Positions 50,437 to 63,171 of a DNA stretch of 64,000 nt are shown here, one piece after another. Position 1 is the first letter of the stretch, and every line of letters starts with the position of its first letter. Both the position numbers and the translations under genes were made by a program. This stretch comes from Takakia lepidozioides. Taxonomy: Eukaryota; Plantae; Bryophyta. The stretch spans positions 20,956,001 to 21,020,000 of the forward strand of contig CM060732.1 in NCBI GenBank assembly GCA_030704615.1, written 5' to 3'. A model generated the notes under the pieces. That model saw only the letters and a program-made list of their open reading frames with translations, had not been told where the DNA came from and ran no database searches.

Positions 50437-52369
50437 ACACATACGAGCCATGCCCGCTTCCCATGCTGGTTTCCAGGTTGCCGTGTGAAGACTTTTCATT
50501 TTATGACAAACATATACATTTCGTTCACTTGTGAGGGCAAATGCACTTGCGATTCATTGTAAGCATCTCTCTGTGAATTGAAATAAACTGTGTCAATCAT
50601 TCTGAGCTCAAATCTGCCATGTTTACATATTCCTCTTTTTTGGCACGCATTGCAGACATGGTGCATGGTGGCCTCCTTTGTTTTGTCCACGGTAATAGGC
50701 CCTCTTCCTGCAATCCTCGCCTATAGGACCTGCTTCTCCAGCAGATTCATGCCGCTCACGCTTCCCTGAAGCGTGAGCTCAGCTCCCAGGCTCACGGGGC
50801 TGGGCTCACGCCGTAGCTACGCTGCCCGTGGATGACAGGGTGTGGACATTCACTGAGAATACGAGGCCAGGTATAACATTTAGCATGAAGGTGTGAGCAG
50901 AGTAGGCAGTGTGGGGATGGGAATAGGGTTGGCCAGAAGGTGTGTTTGCGTTGATGGCCCATATATTGGGCGTATCTAAATTTGAGTGTTTGCCTTATTT
51001 GTGCATCTGAGGCGGCTTTGGAGTTCCAGAAAAGGTTGATAATTTATGGTGCAGGACATTGGAAGGGGTCCATTTTTGGATACGAAGCTTGGTATGGCTG
51101 AGAGAGGTTGAGGCTTGTTTTTTGGCTTCTTTAGTGAGGGTTTTAAGGAGGTTGCGGATTGGACGAGGTGATGGAGGGTCAGGTACCGGGTAGATCATCC
51201 AAAAATGGTGTGCATGACTGACATGAATGGGGTCAACTGGTGGTTCAACTGAGGGTTTGGAGGGCCCGGCCAGCTGGGCTAAGAGGGGCACTCGTGTATT
51301 AGCATGTCATCTGTCTCTCTTACCTTTGGGCTTGGGCTCTACCCCTATAATGCCTCCATGGCGAAGAAATGGGTTTTTTTCCCCACCTCAAGGGCCAATT
51401 GCTTGGGCTGGTGTTTGTTTTGAAACTAAAAAGAAAAACAATAAGAAAAAAAATGATTGACCTACAAAATCATATTGAAGTTGGCACATATGTCAAAGTA
51501 CCACTAGAAGCATTCGTGTCATTTACCACTGGGGTAACGACTCATTTTGAGTCGTAAAAGTCAAGGGATCGACTTGAAGTTACAACAGACTAGTTACAAC
51601 AGACATGGTAGTTGGGTTGGACATCCAATGATTGGAGTGGTAAAGGACGCAGACGCGCGAACAACTGCTCAGCGATTAATGCGATTAATGCTGAAGAACC
51701 ACGTGGCGTAACCAGGCGAGCCGCCCGTGTGTCTGACCTTTTGGGCTGACTTTGACTTTTCCCTCCGGATGAGTGGACCGACTCACTGAAGCGCGGTGAC
51801 ACATGGACGCGGACGTGGACGACGATGTGGATGCCGACGTGGCGGCGCCACGACGAGCACCACTGCTGCCACGTGGCCACGGGCCCGGGGCGCCACGTGG
51901 TAGTAGACTACATAACTTGTAGTGCTACATGCCTAGTGGCAATTGCGACTGCGGAAGTTGGCGCAACCACTGCTTTACTACTTTATGAAGTGCTCGAAAT
52001 TACTTGAACAATCATTCATAGTGATTCATGCTTTGGAGTTTTGGTGTTTGTAGTGAGTCGACTAGTAATGCCATACAAGAGAACTAATCATGCATTAGAA
52101 ATGCACAAACGATGAAAGACATGCCATGAAACAAAATGAAATGAAAATGAATGAAATGAAACAAAATGGTACTTTATTACATCTGCGGAAAGCTCAAAGA
52201 GCTTATGGGACAAAATAAAAAACACAAAGTAAAAAAGCAGCCCAAAAGCTACTGCTGCTCTGGGAATTGCCTAAGGGTCAAGGCCTCGTGCAAGTCAAGC
52301 AGTTCTGATCCTCATAATGCAAGACTTCAGTGAGTTCCACGGAATAGACCATCTACCCATGGAGGTTTC

Positions 52370-53410
52370 TTGTAGTTATTGATCCACAGGGAATCATAGG
52401 TAAATCTTGTGCTTGAAATTTGGCCCTCTAGGATGAATCTGGACCACACTCTATCACTGCTCCTTCAGCTATCCATGCCCCTGCACAAATCATGCATTCA
52501 TCCTTGCCTTGCTGCTAGTAGCTGACAATGACAACCTACATTTGTTCTAGGAAACACCCAACTCAGCTTATCACACTAGTTCCTATGCTCAATTGCGTCT
52601 GCTACTCTCTGAAATGTAGCAGGCATTCACCTTTTTGCCTCGGTTATCCCATCATTGACTGGGGGCAGAAAAGTATTCATTCCACAGCTTCTCCTCATGT
52701 CTGTTACTTGTTTTTTGATACTTTCCTGTTGTCACATAGCAGTATCATGTCAAAGTCATTCCAAACTAGATTCACTCAACCAGTTAACTTGCATAATTCA
52801 ACATGGAAATTCTGGACCGATTCTAATAAGAGGGAAAAACAGGGTGAAATATGCTGAAGAAGATGCCTTCATTAACAATGTCTGATTTCATCAATTGTGC
52901 CGTTGCTGCCAGTTGACCATCTACCCATGCAGGTTTCTTGTAGCTTCATAGTTAATCTGGAGTTTGAAGTCTGGCCCTCTTGGGTGAATCTGCACCCACA
53001 CTCTATCCTTGCTCCTTCAACTATCCATGCCTCGCACGAATCATGCATACAACCTTGCCTTGTTGCTAGCAGTTGACGATGACAGCCTAGACTTGTTCTA
53101 GGAAGCACCCAACTCAACTTATCACACTAGTTCCTACGCTCAATTGCATCTGCTACTCTCTATAATCCAACAAACATTCACCTTCTTGCCTCGATTGTCC
53201 AGAAAAATATTCATTCCACAACTTCTCCTCGTCTGTGTTACCTGTTTCTGATACTTTCATGTTGTCACATTGGCAGAATCATGTCAAAGTCACTCCAAAC
53301 TATCAAAGCTTCACTCAACCAGCTAACTTGCAGAATTTAGACATGAATAATTAGGGGCGATTCTGATAAGAGGGGAAAACAAGGTGAAATTGAAGAAGGT
53401 GCCTTCATTA
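52370..53410. repeat. Diverged direct tandem duplication (about 0.5-kb unit) inside the CACTA element
   Basis: GACCATCTACCCATG..TTATCACACTAGTTCCTA..ATGTCAAAGTCA occurs twice about 570-540 bp apart. Confidence 0.8.
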
Positions 53411-53419
53411 GCAGTCATT

Positions 53420-53580
53420 ACACTCTATCCTTCGCTCAGCCATATTGTTGAACACTCCCTGTCCACAAGGGTATTGTTCAGAATGACATCTGCCACAATT
53501 CTAGCTTTGACGATGCAACCATGGACCTCTTTGCCCTTCCCCAGCAGGCTCGCACATGCACTACAAACGCAAACAACTGG
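53420..53580 (-). pseudogene. PLS-class PPR gene fragment
   Basis: VCVCSACASLLGKGKEVHGCIVKARIVADVILNNTLVD; paralogous to 56350-56500. Confidence 0.75.
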
Positions 53581-56189
53581 TTGTGGCAAACTGGGAGCAA
53601 TATGTGTCAGAAGAAACCACTTATACAAATCTACAGCTTACAGGCTGTCTCTATCCTCAAAATTGGAAGCACATCACCCGCTGCTATGACATATATTGCC
53701 CTAGACACACATTGCCCTAACTGCCATCCCCCAAGATGCTACCCCCACCAAACTTCTCTCACTTGGGTCCTTGCAAGGCTGACTTCCAGCTTTGACTCTG
53801 TGCATGGGGCCTATCGGACAACATACACCAGCAAGCCCTCTCCCTATCCTGCATCAACTCATCTCAGTCTTATCAACTGCACAACGTATGATGGGAGTGA
53901 GTGCAACATGGGAAAGAGCCACAACACATGATGAGCTGTAGGGAAGAAGCAACATCGTGCAAGTAAAGCAAATGATGAAGCAGAAAGACGAGGCAACATG
54001 GGAGAAGGGAAAATGGGGTCCAAGGGCTGAGAAGGTCAACTGGTCAACAATGAGGAACTGGCTCTGGAGCACTATGTTGATGATTAAAGGGAGCAGCAAA
54101 TACATGTGGGGCATCGCAGCAAAGTGCATGCCAACGAGGGTCAGAATAGTGCAAGAAAGACTCCACGGATGGTGGGCAGCCAAGGGAGATGCAGTGAGAC
54201 AAGGCACTCATGGCAAGGGAGCTGCCAAGATAAAACTGTTGATTAGGCTACGGAGAAAAAGGAAAGCACAAGATCAACTACGAGGAAAAGTAGCAATTCA
54301 AGCATGGGAGCTGCTGCTAAAACATGAGGAGGAAGACATACGAGGTGAAGCATCAAGGGAACCAGTAGGAGATGAGGAAGATGGAGCACACTTTCTTGTC
54401 AAAGGTTGGCGGCAAAGAATGCAACCCAGCAATCAGAAAGTGAGGCACCCGAGGCTGGACTTCTGCAAAGAGGTACAAAGACAGGAGCTGAGAATGAGAT
54501 GTTGCCTTTCGTTGAAGTTCCCCACACAAGGGCTGTTTGGCAAGCAAAACCCCAGGCAAGGATGAGAGGTGAATCTGGGATAAAACCAGCAGCTGGGAGT
54601 GAGGAAAGACACAAGGAAGGGCAGCAATACCTTGTCAAATCTGAGGGTGATGGCTGGAGAAAATTAAACAAGGATTGGAAGTATGGGAGCAGCAATCGCA
54701 TGAAGAAAAATCTGCCTGAGACGCTGAAGAGTGAAAGGGAGGAAGACAGGCACCTCGCTTATGAAAAGTGGAAGGGCAGGGTAGAAAACCCGATGCCTAA
54801 AATTGATGGGAGCTCGTGGGAGACTCTGCCAAGAAGACTCCAATCAGCTGTTGCCAACAATCGGAGATCGCCCTTGGCTAGCGCAACACCACAAAATAAG
54901 TGCAGCCCTGATAGCATGGTGAGTGGGGCACCAACAGAGCCAGAAAATGAGGGAGAAGGAGGAGACTTCCATGCCAAGAAAGTCAATGCGGGCCTGCAGT
55001 GGCATGCAAGGAAAGGGACACCGTAAGTGTTGCCAACAAATGTAAATCGGTGCTCATTCATTCGAAAGCACCACGGGAGATGAAGGAAAAGACACCTGCA
55101 GGGACGTTGAAGCATAAAAGAGGAGAGCACTTCACTTGGGAAGAAAGTGAAGCATTGGAGAACGAGGCTGATGACTGGTAGTCTGAAAAGGAAAGGCGGT
55201 TGTGGGAAACCCTGCCAAGACCCAAGACAACCATATAGAGATAATCAAGCAGGTGGGAACTGCCCTTCATTGGGGTGGTGCAAACAAGAGCAAGACCAGA
55301 AGCTGAACCACATGAGAAGATAGTGTGTCATCACAGATGGAGACCCTAGAAAATGCTCTGCCCAGGAGATGAAGAACATTAGGCAACTAGAAACGTGGGG
55401 GGCTGAATATGCTCTGCAGTCAACTTGGCTTGTTGAATGCTTGCATAAGAGATGAGGGGTTGTTGTCAGTACACGGCATTGAGTTCATCAAATCCTACAA
55501 CAGCCCACCATCGCTGCCCACTGCTTACAAACTGCCACAAAAACAGTTTCACAGGACTTACAGATGATTGGTGGAAGGCAAGGCCCCTCGCCATGGGCCA
55601 GATTAATTGTATGTTGCAGCCCAGAACAACGACGGGAAGTCATGTAGGGCAGCAAACCCCATCTTGGCAGCGTCTTTTGTGTGAGAGAAGTCAAGCTGAA
55701 CCTGCTCATCATATCGAGTGGGATGGACCAGATGTAAAGCTGCCAAGCCAACCACACTCATATTCGCACTCAAGCAACATAAGCTGGAGCCATTTTCAGA
55801 TTATGAGTACCCATGTTTTAAGAATACTCCTTCTTCAACTTGCGGTGAACGGGCAGAGCAGATTAATGGACCAAGATGCGGAGCTGAATTGGGTATCCAG
55901 TTAGGCAATGCTGGTTTCAAAACCCCGTTCCATCCCTGCGTTTCGAAGATCTGGCTTGAATGGGCACACTCCGGCAGTGGAAGGCTCACGGAGTAATGAG
56001 TTTGGGCTGATATGCATGCTGACATGCCATGCCGGTGCAAAGAACAACGTTCTGAGTGGCGATTGTGATCTCAAAATCTGCCCCTGCATTCAAGCTGATT
56101 TCTCTCTCGAGCAGAGCCGCCTTGTGGATGTTCCAGCCAGTGTCCAAAAACAGCTCAAGTGCAAGACAACAACATCAGCAAGGCATGGT

Positions 56190-57045
56190 TAGCTAAGCAA
56201 GGTCATGGTGGAGAGGCATTTGAACTCTCTGAACGTAATGTGGTTGGACTTCACCCCCTCCCACATCAACTGCTCATAGGTCTCCAAAACCTGCAATCCC
56301 CGCCCCTGTTGTGCATGTCCTGCGATCATCACTTTCCACGACACCACATTTCGCTCAGCCATATTGTTGAACACTCCCTATCTAGAAGGGTATTCATGTT
56401 CAGAATGACATCTACCACAATTCCAGCTTTGACGATGCAACCATGGACCTCTTTGCCCTTCTCCAACAGGCTCGCACATGCACTACAAACACAAACAAAC
56501 GTAATGTGCTCGGGCTTCACCCCCTAGACCCACATCATTTGCTCATAGGTCTCCAAAACCCGCAATCCCCGCCCATGTTGTGCATGTCCTGCGATCATCA
56601 CGTTCCACCACACCACATTTCGCTCAGCCATATTGTTAAACACTCTTTTGTCCACAAGGGAATGCTCCCACGTTTGGCATACATGTCGACGAGGTATTGT
56701 TACATCTGGTACAGTTCCAGCTTTGACAATGTCATGATGGACCTCTTTGGCCTTTACCAAGTCTCCAGGGCTGCCAGGTTTGCACATGCATTGCAAACAC
56801 AAATGAACGTGACCCGGTCAGGCTGCACCTCTTCTCAACATTTGCTCATATGTCTCCAATGCCCTCATCCCGCACACATGATGGCCATATCTTGCGAGAT
56901 TCAGCGTGTTCCTTGAGACAACATCTTGTTCAGCCATGTTATCAAACTCTCCCTTCGCAACTTCATAGGTCTCCAAAGCCTCCATCCCACGTCCCTGCTG
57001 TGCATACCCTGCAAGCATCGCACTCCACGACACTACATCTCGGCA
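56190..57045 (-). pseudogene. Degenerate PLS-class PPR repeat fragments
   Basis: Repeated RDVVSWSAMLAGYAQQGRG, VFNNMAERNVVSW.VMIAGHAQ and TFVCV..AC..KEVH motifs with many frameshifts. Confidence 0.85.
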
Positions 57046-57937
57046 AAACAGGCTGAAATAGCTCGAAGAAGAAGGTGCCCTCACCACATTGTCCTCTACC
57101 TTGTGTCATGACCCATTGCGGATTAGACTGACCATGAACCCAAGAAGACCTCTTGTGCGTGCTGCTTGTATCTCTAGTCAGGTAATGTGGGATTGGTTCG
57201 TAAGAACCACCACGGTGCAGCTGAGCGGGCAGAGATTAAAATATGGGTTGCTAAGACCAAGCTGATTCCCCCAAGAACCTTGTGATCATCAGGAAGAATA
57301 CCAAATCATGGTACAAAGGGGAGCCAAGAGCCCACATTTGCACATAATGCGCCCTTGACACCATAAACGCTTGCAACAACAGGACATGGGCCTCGATTTG
57401 GTCTTCGTCCTTCTCGCATCACTTGTTCGTCTCTCTCTCAAGCCTCCATCCCTCTCCCAACACTTAGACAAATTCAGGCAAAAGACAAAGTTACTCTTCC
57501 ACCCTTAGATCATTTTACATCCGACGATTAGAACAATCTCTACGAGCCACACAAGCCCTAAAATACATTAAAATATTCCACGTCATGAGCCATGTGGAGC
57601 ACTTATAAAAATTCCATTTTTGAATAGGGTGTGCAATGAATGCCTAGTTGTTAAGAGTCGTTCTCTAGTGCTTAAAACCACTTGTAATTGTTGTTTTAAA
57701 AAAAAAAACAATTTACGTAATTGAATTAAATCGCCGCGAATATTGTGCTGACTGCGGAGTCATTGATGCAACTTCTATCCGCCATTAGAAATGTGAATTT
57801 ATCCGTTACGACTGTGCAGTAGTAACAAACATCTCAAAGTTGTTCCCTCAGTGGTTTTGGACATGCAGTCGATTCGGAAAAGACACGAATGCTTCTAGTG
57901 TACTAAGTGATAAAAATGTGCCAATATGGCTATGTAT

Positions 57938-60900
57938 GGGGGGGTGATATTCTGTGAGCCCAGAGGCGTGAGCTTGTGAGCCCAGGAAACCGTGAGCCCA
58001 GCACAGGCTCACGCCACGTCAGCATGCATACAGGGCCTATTTGCACGGGTGTCACATATTACTGCGGGTTGATCAGTCATTTCCAGGGAATGCAAACTGG
58101 ATGTGTTACATCCATTGTATCCATCCTTTCTATCCATTGCATCCATTTAGACGTTATCAACATACCAAGCCCCTGCATTGGAATGTGCCTACGTCGTGAG
58201 CAGGTGCACACTCACATCATCCAAAGCGGATCCCAGCGAAATCCTTTCTTACTCACCACCCTTGCGAGGTTTCAGCAGCAGTGGCAGTGTTGGAGGAACG
58301 CAAGCATTCACTTGCAAATGGGGAGAGTAAATTCCGTGTTGAAGCAACTCTTGCGGGATTATGTTTCGGCAAACAAAACAGACTCAGTAGATCACTTGGA
58401 TGCGATAGAGTTCTGTTATAATAACATAGAACACGGGCTTCGTCCTTCTAAGTGGTCTACAAAAAAACACCTTTGGTGCGTACGACTTGGGCCAAGCATT
58501 CTTCTAGCAGGAATGGTTTGGAGACCAACGAGCAAATAATGCGAGCTGTTTGTTTTTGCAATGCACACAAGCTTGTGAGCTCCGCAAAACACTAAATAGA
58601 TTGAAGGAACAATCCGGGCAGTCCATGCAACCCCCATCTCCAACGATAGTTTGTTCCCATGAATTTGCATCCCACGCACACATTGCAAACCTGACAACAA
58701 AGACACACAACCATCCCATTTCAAAATTGGCCCCGAATGAAAGCAAAAGAAAACTTCATATCAAGTGTTATAGTCATCAGAATCAGTATCGACCTCCTGT
58801 GCTATGTCATCCACAAAGATTCCGCCCCCAACACCACGTCTTCTACCACGGCCGTCGATGGTTGGACTGCGAGTGTCATAAATGGACATGTTGCGAGTGC
58901 CTCCGCATAGACAGGTAGGACGTAAGACTGAGGAGGACTTGAAAGAAGTCCAAAAAGGTGTGATAGCCCTGGAGGGTCAGTGGAAGCACGCGGACTCCTG
59001 CACAAGTGGACAAAAACCAATTTTGAACACAATGATGCAATGCACAAGTCCAACGAAGAGGATATCTCCCATGTGCACTTTGCCTTAAGAACAGTGATTA
59101 TGGGTATTGAAACAACAATGCAAGCATCCACAGGTTAAACTTACTCTCAGGCATAGTCGTCATCCAGCTCCTTGTCGGAAGTCTCCCCTGTATCAATATC
59201 AGCATGTAGGGGCTTCGGAAGGACTTGAGAAGTGTGTCCACCCAAACCCATCAGGAGGTTCTTGTAAATCTCGGCATCCCCTTCAATCCCAAAGAGATGT
59301 CGCGCACTGGCCTAGCAAGCGTGGTACGAGGCACCTGCAGTGGAATACAATGAAGGAAACAGACATTAAAGACATATTTGGAACGGTGGGAAGAGCTGAA
59401 AGTGCAAGGTCAAACAAACCTCACGAAATGTGAATGTTGAAGAGACGAACCTGTGCCCATTGACAAATCCAGAACTCTGGCATCTGTGTAGGTGCAACAC
59501 TCCACAATCGTCTGAATGAAAGGCGGGCTCCTCTCCCTGGCCCCTCTCCAAGGAACCCCTTCCCCCTTCGCAAGCACACGTTGTTGTCCACGTAGTTGTG
59601 GTGCATGTCATCCGTGGGAGGATCTGTCCTCTCGTCTATGAACTTGCCCCCATGAGTGATGACAAACTCCCTAATGACGGCTGGAGTCGTAGGTGGATGC
59701 ACTCGGACGAGACAAACAGCTTCAAACAAACGAGACTGCGAACAGGACATACACAAAGAACTAAGAAGCTTGAAAACCAGGCCCCTACATATTCATTTGA
59801 GCGACTTATGCAACTCCATCCGAGAACCACCAAGAAGAGGAATAAGAAGACAGATTTACCATCTCTCCGGGACGATCCCCCTTCGTCAGGTACATGTTGT
59901 TCACACAATTCCATGTCTTCACAACCCTCATACCGGAGGCTTTCAATAGCTGGCAAGTGCACGGCGTCAGCGAAGGTCGATGGACTGGATGAGCACCAAA
60001 ACACCTGCATCGGATAGAAAGAAATTGCAAAAGGAGAAAATCCACCGCCAGTAGCGCTCATCAAAAGCATTCCAACCTGGACAAGCACCCGATGAGGGAC
60101 ATCCGGGACTGGCAACCCATCAGGGATGTCGAAGATGATGAGTTCGGCTGCATATGGCTTCTCCTTCTCGTTCACCCAAGATTTGGTCATTTTAGCCTGC
60201 AAACAAGCATGCAATGGAATGCTCAAGAGGATTGAAACGATCCATGCACACAACAGACAAGAAGCAAAAGACAACACGCACCGTGCCGAGGAACTCCATA
60301 ATCCTCTCCCACATTGGTGATGGTTCGCCCTTGTAATCAGATTTCTTGGACTCCATCATGGCAAGGAACTCGACGTTGGCCATCTCCAACCTGGTAGGGC
60401 GAATGACCCTCGTGGGATGCTCCACTGCATGGTACGGGTCCTTGGGATCAACCACCCCCTTGTTCTTTCTCCCGGATCCCCTACCATGCGGTGGAGTCTG
60501 CTGGACAACCACCAGAGGGCCAGTATCTGCAACACTTCCCTGCCCACCTACCTGCCCTTGTGCCCCCTTCCCCCTACCCCTTCCTTTCCCCACACCACCA
60601 GCAACATCCTTTCCCTTTGCCTTTCTACCTTTACCCGGTGTATCCTGAGCGGGAGGCTCCTTCTCTGCAAGAGTCCTCAAATTTCTCTCATGAATGTCGA
60701 GGTCGGCTGCTGCGGCGGTAGCTGCTATACGCTCATTCTCTCTCCTCAAAGACACCTCCTGAGCTGGGGTCTCTGAAGCAGGGCAATCCAAATACCAACC
60801 ACAAGCAGAAAGATGGTCTGGGCCCCAGTCATGCAAGATCCCCGTAGTAACACATGGTATGGTTGCCAGTAGGGACAAGCCAAAAGTCCAGAAATCAGGA

Positions 60901-61695
60901 TGTTTTCCAAGCAGTTCTCTACCATGAGAACATACTTTATGTACCTGCAGGAACAGAGACAACCTCATTATGCAATGCAAATATTGTCTCCCAGCTTTTC
61001 CACCCCATCACGAAGACCCCCTAAAAGAGTATGCGACACATTACACTCCACCACAAACTCATATGAGCCAGCCAAAAACAGGTTGGATGGAGGAAATTGT
61101 GTCTATGCAAAACAAAGAAGCACAGTCCATTTCGCACCTGTAAAGGCATCGTTTCTAGACTTCCTCTCCTTTCTCTTGCTGGTCAAACTCATTTGTTCGA
61201 CTGATGCCAGCATCCTTGTTGAACTCTCTGAAGAAACAAGATTGCCACACTGTGGCTCTCCATTTCCTCATGTATGCTTGGAAAAGAGACCTTTGGTTCT
61301 GTCATGGTGATCCCATAGTCAGCCAGCTGCGTATGTAGAACCGACCGGGCCCTTTCCTCCAACTGTAGACCAATACAGAAGCAAGAATGAACACAAAAAC
61401 AATCACAACCAATGTAACATGGAAAAAGAATGACAGAAAAAGCGAAAAAAAAGTGACACAGCAAATGACATCATACCTGGCTCCAGTAAGTGGCCTTGTG
61501 AAGCCATGTGCCCAGCACATTGTCACTGACAGGAATGACACGCTGGGTCTTCTTCTCTTTCTCCGGCCTGGGGAACATGTGGGTATCCCTAACAATGGGA
61601 TCGGAATTCCATATCTGTAGCCACTTCACCTTCTGTTCTGAAGACACAACGGCAGTAGACAACCTGTGTAACTTCTCCTGGGCCATCTCCGGACA
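57938..61695. mobile_element. Second copy of the ParB-MTase MULE, left part (3' exons of the MTase gene), truncated
   Basis: Collinear with 39171-42470; left TSD GCTATGTAT at 57929-57937; extra segment at about 58073-58545. Confidence 0.9.
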
Positions 61696-62992
61696 TCCCG
61701 AGTGGTGCTGGTAGAAGTTCCCTGGAATGGAGCAGTTTGTCGGCAGGCAACCAACGGGTGCTAACTGGTCCTGCTCGGGCATGACTTGAAATGGGACATA
61801 AAGTGAAGGTGATGCTACCTTCCTATGAGAAGATACCTAAGGATGAGATCGAGGGCCTTGTTCCTGCCGTCTCATATTCATCATATCATAGGGGAGAATT
61901 GGGTGCCCATTCACATTTATCGTGGTAAGGTCTTGGGAGTACCCATTCTATTTGGAGCCAAACAACCAATTTTTGAAGGGGTCACAAATCTATGGAGGGT
62001 CTTATGATGACCTGGAAGCATATTTGTTTTTCAGCCGTGCCAGCCTTGAATGGATGCAGGTCTGAGCTGTTGCCCTTCACAACTTGATAACTTGACATGT
62101 TTGCTCCATCAGCCCCTTGTGAAATTGATCATATTACAATTAGGTCAGAAATGGAATTCATGCTTTCTACAAAGCTAGATACTAGATAGTGTAAAGATTG
62201 TTCAGACAAAAGTGTGGCTAGTTTGATATTGCTGCAGTCAAGAGGCCCAAACATTCAACCTTAGGAACTTTGTTCATTTGAGACCACTAACCCATCTATC
62301 TCACCCCACTTTTATCGTTCTTCTTATACACACAGATCACAAAAACCCAACCAGACATAATTCATATCCATGAGTGGCAAATACTTGGCCTAGCAATCTA
62401 CTGGGACATGTACCACCACATATATGATGAATATACCAGTTTCAGGCCCTCCAAGACTATGTTGTATGAGTTTAATCAGCTGAAAGTAATCTTTGCACAA
62501 TGTTTTTTTCAATAATGTATCTTCGGATATATGGTCGTTATCCTGAATTATATCAAAATGTTAATGTCCACAGTAAACCTCGAAAATCTGGGCATGTGCA
62601 ACACTTTAAATCGCAAGATATGCTTTAAATAAAGACAAAATAAATTATGAACGCTGGAACAAATATGCATTAAAAAACAATTTTTTTTTCATGAAAACAT
62701 TACAAATGAAAATCCAAACAATTTGAAATCTAAACCAATCAAAAACAAAGATAAAAGAGAAATCATGTAAACAACATTCATAATCCAAATCTAGTTGTTG
62801 TATCAAAACGAGCCACAATTTCTCTCTCTTTTGATGGATCTTATTTTAGATTTTTTCCAAGGCAGTGTCCCCTTTCTCAGCCTCCATGGCTTGTCATGTG
62901 AGGTTATTTTTCCCTCAGCAATATATTTTGGTCTATCCCATACATTGTATTTTAATTGAAAAGAAAAACGAGCCACATAAGTTACCCACCTA

Positions 62993-63171
62993 GGGTTGGT
63001 AGCTCGGTTGGATAAGTGCACTGTGTGTCACCCTTGCAGGGTTCAAATCATACCACTTTGGTCCTGAGGGTCCTAACCGGTTGGTCTGGGGGTGACGTTT
63101 CCCCCTTGTGTGCCCAATGCGTTATCTTAAAGGGGTTTAATTTTTCCCCTTTAAATATAATCTAAAAAAAA
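62993..63171 (+). mobile_element. Putative tRNA-derived SINE
   Basis: A box TAGCTCGGTTGG (63000-63011), B box GGTTCAAATC (63040-63049), 3' hairpin TTAAAGGGG..CCCCTTTAA and an A-tail at 63164-63171; no clear TSD. Confidence 0.55.

Larger units (their letters stand above)
39171..50824. mobile_element. Mutator-like element without long TIRs, carrying a ParB-methyltransferase gene, a palindromic array and a MULE/SWIM transposase
   Basis: 9-bp TSD CCCGTGGAT at 39162-39170 and 50825-50833. Asymmetric ends GGGGGGGTGCTATT.. and ..CGTAGCTACGCTG, with clustered GTGAGC/GCTCAC motifs. The same ends recur at 57938 and 63606. Confidence 0.9.
38930..51290 (-). mobile_element. Relic 3' part of a non-LTR retrotransposon (CCHC + RLE, Dualen/RandI-like), split by the MULE insertion
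   Basis: Removing 39171-50833 restores the frame QTLKFRYAQYMG..CLLC..TWPRILSECPHPVIHG|LRIARHYHAIRHIHKLLL..RWFTLINAG..PDILIVQG. Confidence 0.65.
51502..57900. mobile_element. Non-autonomous CACTA element (6.4 kb) carrying PPR gene fragments
   Basis: 19-bp TIR CACTAGAAGCATTCGTGTC at 51502-51520 and 57882-57900; TSD TAC at 51499-51501 and 57901-57903. Confidence 0.92.

Noticed and set aside
53957-55026. Plus-strand ORFs of 202 and 206 aa as genes
   Set aside because: No recognisable motifs; probably antisense to a decayed repeat inside a non-autonomous CACTA
62993-63065. Functional tRNA gene
   Set aside because: A and B boxes are present but there is no convincing acceptor or anticodon stem, so it was called SINE-like
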